DNA of 64,000 bases from Malacoraja senta (Eukaryota). The translations under genes and the position numbers were made by a program. Shown here piece by piece: positions 41,701 through 54,900 of the stretch. The notes beneath the pieces were generated by a model, which worked only from the letters and a program-made list of their open reading frames with translations, was not told where the DNA came from and made no database searches. The DNA lies in NCBI GenBank assembly GCA_038087875.1, contig CM075992.1, forward strand, positions 3,908,001 through 3,972,000, in the 5' to 3' direction. Each line of letters begins with the position of its first letter. Position 1 is the stretch's first letter.

Positions 41701-42816
41701 GAAAGCCATTCATCAGAACTGGGAAGGAATGACAAGAAGCTTGATAAGCTATAACTGAGAGCAGCAGCTTTACGGTGTAGTGTCAAACATCCGTTTTAAG
41801 TTTAGCTTTAGTTTATTGTTGTCACATGTACTGGGGTACAGTGAAAAGCTTTTGTTGCGTGCTATCCAGTGAAAGAAAAGACTACATGATTACGATCAAA
41901 CTGTTTACAGATAAAGGGTATAACGTTCAGTGCAAGATAAAGACCGATTAAATATACTTCAACGGTCTCCATTGAGGTAGCTAGGTGGTCAGGACAACAC
42001 CTTTGCTGGTGAGAGGATGGTTCAGTTGCCTGATAATAGCTGGGAAGAACCTGTCCCTGAATGGGCGAGGGGACAGAATCTCTCTTGCGTAAGGGGAGAA
42101 GAGTGAGACTGGTCTTTAATTATGCTGGTGGTCTTGCTGAGGCAGCGTGAAGTGAAGATGGAGTCAATGGAAGGGAGGTTGATTTGTGTGATGGTCTAGG
42201 GTACGGCCACAGCCCATATACATACCTCCCTCTTGGTGGGAAATGTTGCCACTTAGGTTCCTCTTACATCTTTCACCTTGAACCTATGTCTTCTAGTTCT
42301 TTATTGCCTAGGAAAAGACTGTGCATTCACTTTATCTGCACCTCTGTAATATCATCCTTCATTCTCCTAAGCACCAATAAATAATGTCCTAGCCTACACA
42401 ACCCCTCCCTATAATTCAATACCTGGAGTCCTGGCAACTTGCTTGTAAATATTTTCCATAGTTTTTTCCCCCAGATTAATGTCATCTTTTCTGTAGCTTG
42501 TTGATCAAAACGGAACACAAGCCTCCAACTGTGGAGTTGTAAACAGTATGTACAACTGCAACATAAAAGGCTGACTTCTAGGCTCAGTCCCCTTACTGAT
42601 GAAAACCAATGCACCAACAGCCTTCATCATCCTTTCCACCTGTGGCATCGGAACTATGTCTTTTGTCCCTGTGTTCTACAGTAATCTCCACGCCCATACT
42701 GTTCACTTTGACAATCTTACTCGAGCTTGATTTCCAAAAATGTAATACTCTGCACTAATCTGCAATAACTTCCATTTGCCATTACTCGGTTCGCTCACCT
42801 AGCTGATCAAGATTGG

Positions 42817-43421
42817 AATTAGAACTGATCATTTTTGGAACAATTGAACCCAGCTGGCTTCGTTTCAAAAGAGCTTTCTTAATTATGGCTTAATATTGGC
42901 AAAAAAACGTATACTGAAATTTTGGAAAAACGCTCCTACGCCAACGATAAAAATGTGGATTTCTAATATGTCGGAACTGTTACACCTAGAAGATATGAGA
43001 TTCCTCATAGCAGGTAAACCAGACCATTTCCAAAAGATTTGGTCTCCATATATCGACTTATTACAAACATAGGGTGCGACAAAATGTTGATAATAAATGG
43101 TTTCAGGACCTGGTGAGGGGCGAGTAAAGATATGAAGTAGGTACATCCCTTTTTATCTTGTCTTATCTTATCTTACTTTTTTTTTTTTTTTTCCTTCTTT
43201 TGGTTTTTTCTTTTTGTTTAACTCTTTCTTGTGGTTTAGGTCCCTATGGGGTTTCCTGGACCACTCTTTCACTCACTTACTATCTCTGCTAACTCTTTAT
43301 ATCCTTTTTCTTATTAAAGTTTAAAATAAGAAGTGGTACAAGAAATGTATAATTTTAAGTTTGTTTGAGATTATTGTACTGTATGTACAATACTTCTAAT
43401 TTAAAAAAATAAAATAAAATA
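42817..43421 (+). mobile_element. L1-clade LINE 3' end
   Basis: ORF2 C-terminal remnant (FWKNAPTPTIKMWI..FQKIWSPYI), T-rich 3' UTR, A-rich tail, flanking AAGATTGG repeat. Confidence 0.7.
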
Positions 43422-44369
43422 AAGATTGGTATTCAGATCTTCAGTGCAAAGATGTTGAAATATCCAAGCGATGTGGGTTTATTTGTAAGGATCTGCCATA
43501 TGTGGCTTAGTTGCTGCTGATAGGTGACACTGCTCTTGGACATAGGTCTCAGTTCTATTAGCTTTCTGTATCTGGTTAGTGTGGGAAGACTAATAAGTTG
43601 TCTGAGTTGTGGGGCAGATCCAGGCCAGTCTTAGCCATGTGACCAAGTTATATGCATGTGTGAATTCCATATCCCTTATGTTTTTTTCCTTTCCTTATCT
43701 TAGCTCTCTTTTCCAGTCTTGACAATTGCTGCTGATCCATCACAAACTTTATCTGATCCATTTACACAAGTGGAGACCTGATGTAAATATTAATAGAGGT
43801 GAATGATATATATCTAGCTAAAATCTGCCAAAATCTTTGTTTTGAACTTAGAATCAATTTCTGTCTCTGGTTAGTTGGAAGAATTGTAAGTTGTAATTGT
43901 AAGGACTGGCATGTACAGTGGGTTAAGAAACACTCCCAGATTTATCCATGCGAATGGTACACTACAACTTGTTCTTTAAAATGTTCTATTCAGGGTTTTA
44001 TTCAGTTGGTTTTGAACAAGAACTTATGGTTGAAAGTTTAGTTGCAAATAAGTCTCAAGTTAGCTCCAACTAGCAATGTGGAACATCAAAATCGGCAACT
44101 ATTGAACACAACTTCAACTGCTAGACAGAACAAATCCTCAACCTACTCAAGTATCAAACAGAAAGAATGCCAAACCACACAAGCAGGTTTTTGGGGTGAT
44201 GACAATAGCTTGGTCATGGGGATGGGTTTCTCAGAAGCAACTGGCAGGAGCAAAGAGGAATAAAGTTCCTGTGAATGGAAACAGAACGTGCGTCACCGTG
44301 GTGGTGGAGTCATTAAATTTGAGAATGTTCCAGTGGAATTGAGTAGTGAAGCATCATGGAGAGGTTTTA

Positions 44370-44710
44370 AAGCCCTGTCCCACGGTTCATTCCAAGAGCT
44401 CTCCCGAGTAAAAAAAACAACCAAACTCGTGGTAAGCACGGAGAATGAACGTAGCGGGTACGTCGGAGCTCGGGGACGTCTCTTAGTGGCTCGTAACGCT
44501 AATGGCAGGTACTCGGGAAGACTCGTGAAGATTTTTCAACATGTTGAAAAATGTTCGAAACAAAAATGTCGGCAGATTTTTCAACATGTTGAAAAATGTC
44601 CACGAGAGCCCCAAGTACCGACGAGTGGCCATTACCGTAAATCTCCGAGTTCGAATCAGGGCAAACTCGGGAGAGCTCTTGGAATGAACTCATACCGTGG
44701 GACAGGGCTT
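44370..44710. mobile_element. Harbinger-like MITE with TTA TSD
   Basis: TTA|AAGCCCTGTCCCACGG...CCGTGGGACAGGGCTT|TTA. Confidence 0.85.
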
Positions 44711-45794
44711 TTATGCAGAGGGGGATTATAGAGGTGGAGAAGGTCAAGATCATGGAGGGGTTTGATTAAAATATAAAAATTAAACCATTGATTAATGTGA
44801 AGCCAGTGCAGGCTAGCGTAGTCATTTTGAGTGATTGGAGCACAGTTGTAGGAGACCACGTATTCATATGGACCAGAATTAGGAGTACTGCAGGAAAGAT
44901 AAGTCATGGTTTGTAAACCAGCATCTGCAGTTCCTGATTTCTATACTAAGAGGCATTGTGGATGGATTCAGCAACAAATGAGATGAGATGGGGCAGAGAA
45001 CGGTGAAGTTTTGGGGATAGAGATGAGTAATATAAGACTTTAACTTGGCATCATGTATTTCACAAAACTGCTAGCAGTCTAAATCAACTTCAGAGAACTG
45101 CCAAAGAGCAGGATGGAACAGGTGGCTAGTGAGATAAATCTGATAGATGGTGGCTTCGGTTTCCAAATGAATTAGTTGAAGGAAACCTGCCAATTCAAAA
45201 GTTGGATGTCAATAATGCAATTTGGAGGTGGTGTTGCATGTAAACAACTGCCATATTTGCAGATGTCAAGATGTTTGGATTGTAGGGCGGCACGGTGGTG
45301 CAGCGGTAGAGTTGCTGCCTTACAGTGCTTATAGTGGCAGAGACCCGGGTTCGATCCCGATTACGGGTGCTGTCTGTATGGAGTTTGTACGTTCTCCCTG
45401 TGACCACATGGGCTTTCTCCGAGATCTTCGGTCTCCTCCCACACATCAAAGACCTACAGGCCTGTAGGTTAATTGGCTTGCTATAAGACCAAAGAAGGAA
45501 GAGATTGAACTGTTTTTTGCCTTTCATCACGGTGAGGAATGTGGAGGAGTCACTGTAGTGGATGTCTGTTAAAATGTATTTTGTGTGTTCTGTTGCATTT
45601 TATTGCTATGACTATGGGAAATGAAATTCCTCGTATGTTGCAAAACATACTTTGCTAATAAAGTATTATTATATTGTATTGAGATGGGAACGATTATTAA
45701 AGTTGATGGAGGAAAAGGTACTTTGAAAAATTTGTCTTGGCTGTATTGAGTATTGATGCTTCTGACTTAAAAGTGAATATCTTTATTTTTGTAG

Positions 45795-45995
45795 GTCGCA
45801 TTTACTTCTTCAATCATATAACTAACAAGAGTCAATGGGAGCGGCCCAAAGTGGGTGGAAATCACAATTCTGTCGAGCCTGACAAAGTCCGGTGCTCGCA
45901 CCTCCTGGTGAAGCACAACCAGTCACGCCGTCCGTCTTCATGGAGGCAGGAGGAGATCACACGCAGCAAAGAGGAAGCGCTGGAAACATTGAATG
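45795..45995 (+). CDS. PIN1: PIN1 exon 2: [17 protein letters not shown]...[36 protein letters not shown]
   Basis: ttgtag acceptor, ATG|gtaagt donor, 201 bp; within ORF 45737..46060. Confidence 0.96.
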
Positions 45996-48900
45996 GTAAG
46001 TGGATGGCAAATCACACCTCGCTGAACCCACAAAGCCTCCCACCTGCCATCAACTGCTGACATGCAACAACAGGACCAGAGGCCAGAGCCTCGGAGTTAA
46101 AGGATGTTCTTTTAGGAAGGAGATGATGAGAAATTTATTTAATCAGAGGGTGGTAAATCTGTGGAATTCTAAGCCACAGAAACCTGTGGAGGCCAAGTCA
46201 ATGGATATTTTTTTAGGTAGGTAGATTCTTGATTAGTATACTGCCCTAATTTGACAAAAGGAAGCAACTGACAATTTTGTCAAAATTGAGTTATTGCTTG
46301 TATTAGGGTATTTGAGATATGCTCTACATAATGGTGAACAAAATAAGTCTTCTCTGAGTACAATTTGAAAATATTTATACCAGAGAAGTAAGAAATTCCA
46401 TCACAGAGCTGAAAGAAAAACCCGTTTTCCTCATTTACAAGAAAACGCCTTTCTGTCAGTTGCTTCCTTTTGTCAAAGTACGGCAATATGGATGTCAGCG
46501 GTTATGGGGAGAAGGCAGGAGAATGCAGGAGAATGGAGTTAGGTGGGAGAGATAGATCGGCCATGATTGAATGGGGGCGTAGACTTGATGGGCTGAATGG
46601 CCTAATTCTGCTCATTACTTGTGACTTTATGACATTGTATGCCAAGGTTAAATAGTGGCCCCTACTCCTCTGTTGGGTCGAAACACGAGTCCTGGCCCAG
46701 AAGCGCCATCTGTATATTTCTCTCCATATACGCTGCCAGAGCCACTGAGCTCCTCCAGTTTGTTTTTTGTTCAAGGTTCCACAAAAGGCCGGCTCGCAGC
46801 GGCGGAGTACTGCAGCGCCAGTAACCCGGGTGCGATCCTGACCTCGAGCTCTGTCTATATGGAGTTTGCATGTTCTTCCCGTGACTGCATGGGTTTCCTT
46901 CGGGTGCTTCGGTTTCCTCCCACATCCCAAAGATGTGTGGGTTTGAAGGCTAATTGGGTTTCATAAATTACCTTTAGTGTGTCGGGAGTGGGATACTGTA
47001 GAACTAATGTGAACAGGTGATAGATGGTCGGCATGAACTTGGTGGGCCGTAGGGCTTATGTCCATGCTGTATCTCTAAACTAAACTGCAGACTCTTGTGT
47101 TTCTGTTAATGCTACGGGTTTTTTTTCCGTTGAATGGACAAAAATCAAATTGGTGTCATCTAAATCAAGGAGAAAAGGCGTAAATTGAAAATTATGCACA
47201 AAATTTGCAAAGTGTATTGAAAAAATGTCTTGATTTAAAATACGGAATGTCATTTGTGCTGTTTCTAAATGTCATTCAATATGAAGAAATATTCAGTGCT
47301 TTAACTTTAAAGCAAATCTATTACAAGAACACAAGAAAGCTGCTGCCTTGATTTTTGCAGTGAGTTTATAGAATAAATTCTCTTAAATATAGAGACCTTG
47401 CCAATGAGAAATTAAATGAGTTTTGAAATATAGCAGCTTTTAATTTAGTTTGTGAAAATAGTAGATGAAGAATGAAGTGGCAGTGGCAACAAACCAACTT
47501 GCTGTTGTTTATTTGAGTTTATGCAGTAAAACATCCCAAAGTGTTTTTGAACTGAGAACTGTTGCTGAACTATGCAGGGCAATGGAGCTAATGTCTGGAA
47601 AGTTTGATAGATCTAGGTTTTAAGAAAATTCTATATCTTAATATCTTTTAACGTTTTAGCTGAGGAATTCCAGGATTTATGACCGTAGCAATTGGACAGC
47701 CAAAAGAAACAGAGTGAAGAAGTTAGTGGGCCTTTGTGAAATCGGGATTAAACTGCAGTTACGAGCTTTCCATGGATTGAGGGAATTACAGTGGTAGGGA
47801 GGGTAGGTCCAAGGGTTGATTGAAAGCAAGGAGGAGAACGTGAAGATTGATGAATCGCTTGGAATCAGAGGGTGAAATATACTTTAATCTATTTAAGAAG
47901 GAACTGCAGATGTTCAAGGAAATCGAAGGTAGTCAAAAATGCTGGAGAAACTCAGCGGGTGCAGCAGCATCTATAGATGCTGCTGCACCCGCTGAGTTTC
48001 TCCAGCATTTTTGTCTACCTTATACTTTAATCTATGTGCCCATTAGAACATGGTCAGCTGGTTTTGGATGTTAAACTAAACAGTTTCCTGTTTTTTTCTT
48101 GCTCCCTCTGACAGTGGTGTTATGATCACTGTCTTCCAATCTGTAGGATCTATTCTGGAATGCACAGTTTTTTGGAAGTTAATCAATACATCCACTCTCC
48201 AAAGTCAACTCTTTCAGACTGGATGTAGATGCACACATACTTGGGATTAGGCTCATTAACCTCTCCAGTGGTATTTCTTTACTCAAGCTAATTTCTTTTA
48301 ATTCCTCGTATTGGTTCTCCAATATTTCTGGAATCTACCCCAGCCTACCCATCTGGTGGTGAATCTGTGGAGGCCAAGTCTATGGATATTTTTTAGGTGG
48401 CGATTGACAGATTCTTGATTAGTACGGGTGCCAGGGGTTATGGGGTGAAGGCAGGAGAATGGGGTTGTGAGGGAAAGATAGATCAGCCGTGATTGAATGG
48501 CGGAATAGACTTGATGAGCCAAATTTCCTATTCCTGCTCCTATATCATAAACTATCTCTCACCGCTTCATTTTAATCTGCTTAAATTGAACGTTAATTTT
48601 CAGTTAAGCTACACTTTTGCACATAATATGAAATTCTATCCCAATTATGATTGCTGTTTGTAGAAGATCATTTATAACAAGATTATTGTGCATTGAGAAA
48701 ACAAATTAATTAGATCCAAAATAGTTTGTTCCCTAGTTGGTTGCTTAACATGCTGATCTGGAAATCTACATCGTGTTCATTTCAGGAATTCATCCACTAG
48801 GCTATTAATATTAATTTTGATTTGTTCTATCTTTATCTGGAGAAAATCCATCCCCATGCATTACCCTTGTTACATGAACCTATACTTTCCATATTGATAT

Positions 48901-51900
48901 CACACGGTATCTCACTACTAGTTTTTGGGAGCAACTTCCACCAATGCTTTCCAATGGCCGCTACTGCAATGCTCCTCCATCCAAAGAGATTCTAATTCTG
49001 TCCCACATTCTGCGAAGGCAAGTTTGATAACTGCTGATGTCAACCCTTACTAACACTGCTACCACATTTCCTTTTTGCCTCTTGAATATCCGGGAATATT
49101 TTAGCCTCTAATTTTGATCGCTACATCCATATTTCTGTGCCTTGCATTCACCCACCTAATGAATGCAGAGTGCTTTAGATAAAATGCATTTAAATCAGTA
49201 ATTCTCCCCCCCTCCACCAAATTTTTTTTTGATTCCATTTGGTGCTTGCCTCTGTTTCCACAACCTGTTTATTTTGCTTACTATATTTCTATTTTCCAAC
49301 TTTGATTCGCTCTCTCCTGGCTCTCTTAGGCTCCCATCACAGCCAGGTTTGGGAACAGCTCCATCCAAGACCGCAAGAAATTGTGGAGAGTTGTAGTCAT
49401 GGCCCAAACCATCACACCACCATCTGCCCTTCCATCGACTCTATCCATCTTCAGGCTGCCTCTGCAAGGCCGCCAGCATAATCAAGGACCGGTCTCATCC
49501 TGGTCACTCCCTCTTCTCCCCTCTCCCATCAAACAGGGGTCATTTTAACATTCAGTTTATTCTTGATATCGTGTTACAGGAGCAGAATTAGGCCATTCGG
49601 CCCCATCAAGTCTATCTTTCTGTCTTTCACAACCCCAATCTCCTGCCTTCTCACCATAATCCATGACACCCGTACTAATCAAGATAGACACAAAAAGCTG
49701 GAGTAACTCAACGCGACAGGTGACATCTCTGGAGAGAAGGACTGGGTGACGTTTGGGGTCGTGACCCTTCTTCAGGCTGGTTAGGGATAAGGAAAACGAG
49801 AGATATAGACCATGATGTGGAGAAATAAAGAATAAAAGATATGCAAAAAAGTAACAATGATAAAGGAAACAGGCCATTGTTAGCTGTTTGTAGGGTGAAA
49901 ATCAGAAGCTGGTGCAACTTGGGTAGGGGAGGGATAGAGAGAGGGAATGCCGGGGCTACCTGAAGTGAGAGAAATCAATATTCATACCATTGGGCTATAA
50001 GTGTACTAATCAAGAATCTGTCAATCTCTGCCTTAAAAATATCCATTAACAGCCTCCAGAACAGTCTGGGACAATGAATTCCACAGATTCATCATCCTCT
50101 GACTAAAGAAATTCCTCCTCGTCTCCTTTCTAACGGTACGTCCTTTTATTCTGAGGGTATCGCGTCTAGTCCTAGACTCTTCCACTCTTGGGCCATTAGC
50201 TTAGTTTAGAGATACAGAGTCCCATGCACTAGCACTATCCTACGCACTCGGGACAATTTACAGTTTTTTACCAAATGTAATCAACCTACCAACCTGTACA
50301 CCTTTGGAATGTTAGAGGAAATCGGAGCACCCAGAGAAAAACCACGCAGGTCAAGGGGAGAATGTAAAAACTCCGTACAGACAGCACACGTAGTCAGTTA
50401 TCTAACCCGGGTTCCTCTGGTGCTGTAAGGCAGCAACTGTACCACCACGACAGGGTGCGCTCACATGTTATAAATAAAATATGGCGACATTAAAGGTTGG
50501 GAGCTAAATTGGAACTACAAAGTGAAACAGAAGTGTGGTTGTTCTGTCACCAAACTAATAACTTTTGACCTTTAAAATTCTCAAGTGTCCCCTGGTTTTT
50601 TTTCCTGCCGCATATTTCCAAGCATAACCTCAGCATGAGACTATTGATTTTACTGCAGTAGACAGCGGATTAAATGTAGAGCCTATTGTGGATTGGCACT
50701 TTCCGTGCTGCACTCATGGTTCGGGCTAAGCGCTCTCCCTTCCATCAGCAAGATTGCTGTGAAAATTTATAGGGCCAGATTCTGCTTTCGTGACACCTAC
50801 AGTGGTAGAATGGGGTCTTTTTGTTCCAGAATTGATTGGATATTATATCTGGCTATCAGTCTCCTAAAGTGATCTTTCAGTGCTTCATTGTTGTGGGGAA
50901 ATAATGGGATATAGGATTGCATTCTGCGTGGCTGTGGAGCATATTGTTATTAATGTTCTGATCGCACAATGTCGAGCCATTGATCAGACTACTGTGAACT
51001 TTTGTGTCTTAATTCAGGGTATATCCTAACGATCAAATCTGGAGATGCCTCATTTGAAAGCTTAGCATCCAAATACAGTGATTGCAGCTCTGCAAGAGAA
51101 GGGGGTGATCTGGGCTATTTTGGCAAAGGTAAGATGTGATATCTTTATCATGTAAGTGGCACCGGTAGTTTGCTGCTTCCACCTACACTGAAGTGATTGC
51201 AGTGATAATCTAACAGCGATGCCATCCAACGTGACACGAACGGGGCCGTTTCAGATTTGATTGCTATCAGCTTCCTATTGTGAATAGGCAGACCTTTTAC
51301 TGATACCCACACTGATCCCACATGATGCACAGGGATTACATTATGTGTCCTAGGGTTTACACCAAACTATTTAGTACTCTTTCTTCTAAGAAAGTAGTTC
51401 ATGCAATTTTGAAATTTTGATGTGGTTGCCTTCCCTGTTTGTGACCAAGGTGGCACTGGTTTAGAATAAATTTAGCTTATCTTAGCTTAGACATACAGTG
51501 TAGAAACAGGACAGTGGTCATCCGTCCGCCAGTTCTATCTTACACACTGGGGACAATTTACAGAAGCCAATTAACCTACAAACCTGCACATCTTTGAAAT
51601 ATGGGAGGAGACTGGAGCACCCGGAGAAAACCCACACGGTCACAGGGAGAAGGGAGAAGATACAAACTCCGTACAGACAGCACCCGTGGTCAGGATTGAA
51701 TCCGGGTCTCTGGCGCTGTGAGGCAACGATTCCACTGCTGCGCCACTGCTGCTCTTAAATCTATTCTGGTTGATTTTCATTTGTCCATTCTCTTCCTTTG
51801 CCTTTTCAAAGTACTGACTTTTCCATTGACACCCTCTGTGCATCATATAAACCTGATTGTTCACCTGGATTCTTTTGATTATTTCCTTCATTCTATGCTT

Positions 51901-54900
51901 TCTAGTTCTTAACACTTCAATCTTATCCATCTATACCCTTTATGATTGAAACACCTCGACAGATTTCCTTGCAACCTCTGCTGTTCCAAGAATAATTTCA
52001 TTTTCTCCAATCTATCTACATAACTACAGTCCCTCGTCCAGACAGTCAGTATGGCTTCCTCAACTGCATGTAAGAATACACTTTCAGTTGAACCATTGTT
52101 TTTTAAGATTTTATGAACCTCTCTACTCATTCTTGTCTGGGAAATTGCTATGCAATAGCTCCCCGCTGTTTCACTTCATGGTGTAAAATGCTAATGTCAG
52201 GCACAATTTAAAATAGAGAAGGAATTTTGGCTGACACGAAAAAAAGCATCAGTCCTGTAATATGTCTTTGATCTGGCCGCTGGGCATTGAGCCATTTCAA
52301 AGTGGTCACTTTTAAAAAGCTAAATATTCATTCCCTTTTGTTTTAACTTTATTACTATAATATTAACAATATTATAGTCATAGAGAGTCTGAAGGGCCTG
52401 TCCCACTTGGCCGTCATTTGCACGGCATTTACGCGACCTCCAAAAATGTGGTCATCGCGTTGTGACGCACGGGTAGCGTGTGGGTAGCGCGGGACGGGCG
52501 CATGGAGATGCGTGGAGGGGTGGAGTTGTGCGCGGTATCGCGCGGCGCTCCAGGATTTTGTGCTGCACGAAATCCTCGCGCGCCACCTGCGTGACATATA
52601 TGGCGTCCCGATGTCTCACGTGTATCGCGTGGTGACGCATGGTTACGTCACCGTGCGTAACCATGCGTCACCACGCACCGCAGGGTATTCTAATGACGTC
52701 ACGCGCACCAGACGGCATGATGACGCATGATTTGCGCGTAACGACGCGTCGACCTATTTTACATAGGACGCATAAATGGGGCGCAAATGACAGCCAAGTG
52801 GGACAGGCCCTTTACAGAGTAGAAACAGGCCCTTCGGCCCAATTTGCCCACACCGGCCAACATGTCCCATCTGCACTAATTCTACCTCCTCGCATTTGGC
52901 CCATATCCCTCCAAACCTGTCCTATCCATGTACCTGTCTAAATGTGGTTTCAACATTGTGATGGTACCTGCCTCAGCTACCACCTCGGGCAGCTCGTTCC
53001 GTACACCTATTACCCTTTGCATGAAGAAATTACTCCTCTTGTTCCTATTAAATCTTTTTCCCACTTGATTTTTATTTTTGTTTTATATTTCAGTTCAGTC
53101 TTGTATATGTTTTGGGTTTTTAATTAGAGTTCATCAAAATTTGCTCACTAAAATATCATGAAGCATCAGGTTTTGATATCTGAAATACAATTAAATGTTT
53201 TGGTAAATTGCCCCTAGTGTGCAGCATGTGAAAGTGGGATAGCATAGAAATAGTGTCTTGGTGATCGATGGTCGGCATGGACCTGGTGGTTTATATCATT
53301 AAACTAAACTACTACTGCCAAGGAGTTTCATCGGTTTAAAAGGAATTCCTCTGCAATGCATTGTGTTCTTGTCTAAAGCAGATGAACCAGCAGATGGCAC
53401 CTAAGTTACTTGAAGCACTGTGTTGCAGTAAAGCAGACTTGGCATGGAGCATGTGTGCTCCGCTTGGCTTTAAGCCAAATGCTTCCTATCATGGTAAATA
53501 ATTTTGGCAAACCAGTCTGAAGAAGGGTCACGACCCGAAACGTCACCCATTCCTTCTCTCCAGAGATGCTGCCTTCTCTCCAGAGTTACTCCAGCTTTTT
53601 GTGTCTATACCAGTGGTATGATTATCGATTTCTCTAACTTCAAGTAACCCCGGCATTCCCTCTCTACCTCCCCCACACGTCGCACCAACGTCTCGTTTTC
53701 ACCCAACAAACAGCTAACAATGGCCTGTTTCCTTTTATCATCTTTATGTTTTTGCATATTTTTCATTCAATGTTCTTTATCTCTCGACATCATCCTCTAT
53801 ATCTCTCGTTGAGTTATCCAGCTTTTTGTGTCTACAGTTTAAACCAGCATCTTCCCACACATCTCTATTGTAAATCCACAAACCTGACTGTCCCGGTAGA
53901 CCCATTGTCTCTGCCTGTTCGTGCCCCACCGAACTCATCTTCACCTACCTCGACTCCATCCTATGGTTAAATCCCTCCCTACCTATGTTCAAGACACCTC
54001 AGACACTCTCCGTCGTCTCCGCGCATTCCACTCTCTAGGCCCTCACCCCCTCATCTTCACCATGGACGTCCAGTCATTGTACACCTCCATCCCCCACCAG
54101 GATGGTCTCGAAGCCCTCCGTTTTTTCCTAGACCGAAGAAGCAACCTATACCCGGCCACTGACACCCTCCTCCGCCTAGCGGAGCTGGTCCTTACCCTCA
54201 ATAACTTCTCATTTGACTCCTCCCATTTCCTCCAAATACAAGGCGTAGCTATGGGCACATGCATGGGCCCCAGCTACGCCTGCCTCTTTGTCGGGTACGT
54301 AGAACAATCCTTGTTCAATGCGTACCAGGGCCCCATCCCCGACCTCTACCTCCGCTACATCGATGACTGTTTTGGTGCCACATCCTGCACCCACACACAA
54401 CTGACTGACTTCATCCGCTTCACCACCAACTTCCATCCGGCACTCAAATACACCTGGACCATTTCCGACACTTCCCTACCATTCCTTGACCTCACTATCT
54501 CCATCGCAGGTGATAGACTTCTTACCGACATCCACTACAAACCTACCGACTCCCATGGCTATCTGGACTACACTTCTTCCCACCCTGCTTCCTGTAAGGA
54601 CTCCATCCCCCACTCCCAATTCCTCCGTCTACGCCGCATCTGCTCCCACGATGAGACGTTCCACACCAGGACATCCGAAATGTCCTCATTCTTCAGGGAA
54701 CGGGGGTTCCCCTCCTCCACCATAGATGAGGCTCGCACCAGGGTCTCTGCCATACCCCGCAACACTGCTCTCTCTCCCCATCCCCCCACTCACAACAAGG
54801 GCAGAGTCCCCCTAGTCCTCACCTTTCACCCCACCAGCCGTCACATACAACAAGTGATCCTCCGTCAGTTTCGCCACCTCCAACGTGACCCCACCACTCG

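Noticed and set aside
45684..45717. ATG-started mini-exon [11 protein letters not shown] with AAG|gtactt donor, in phase with PIN1 exon 2
   Set aside because: No similarity to the conserved PIN1 WW N-terminus and it lies next to a repeat tail; probably chance, though RNA-seq could test it.
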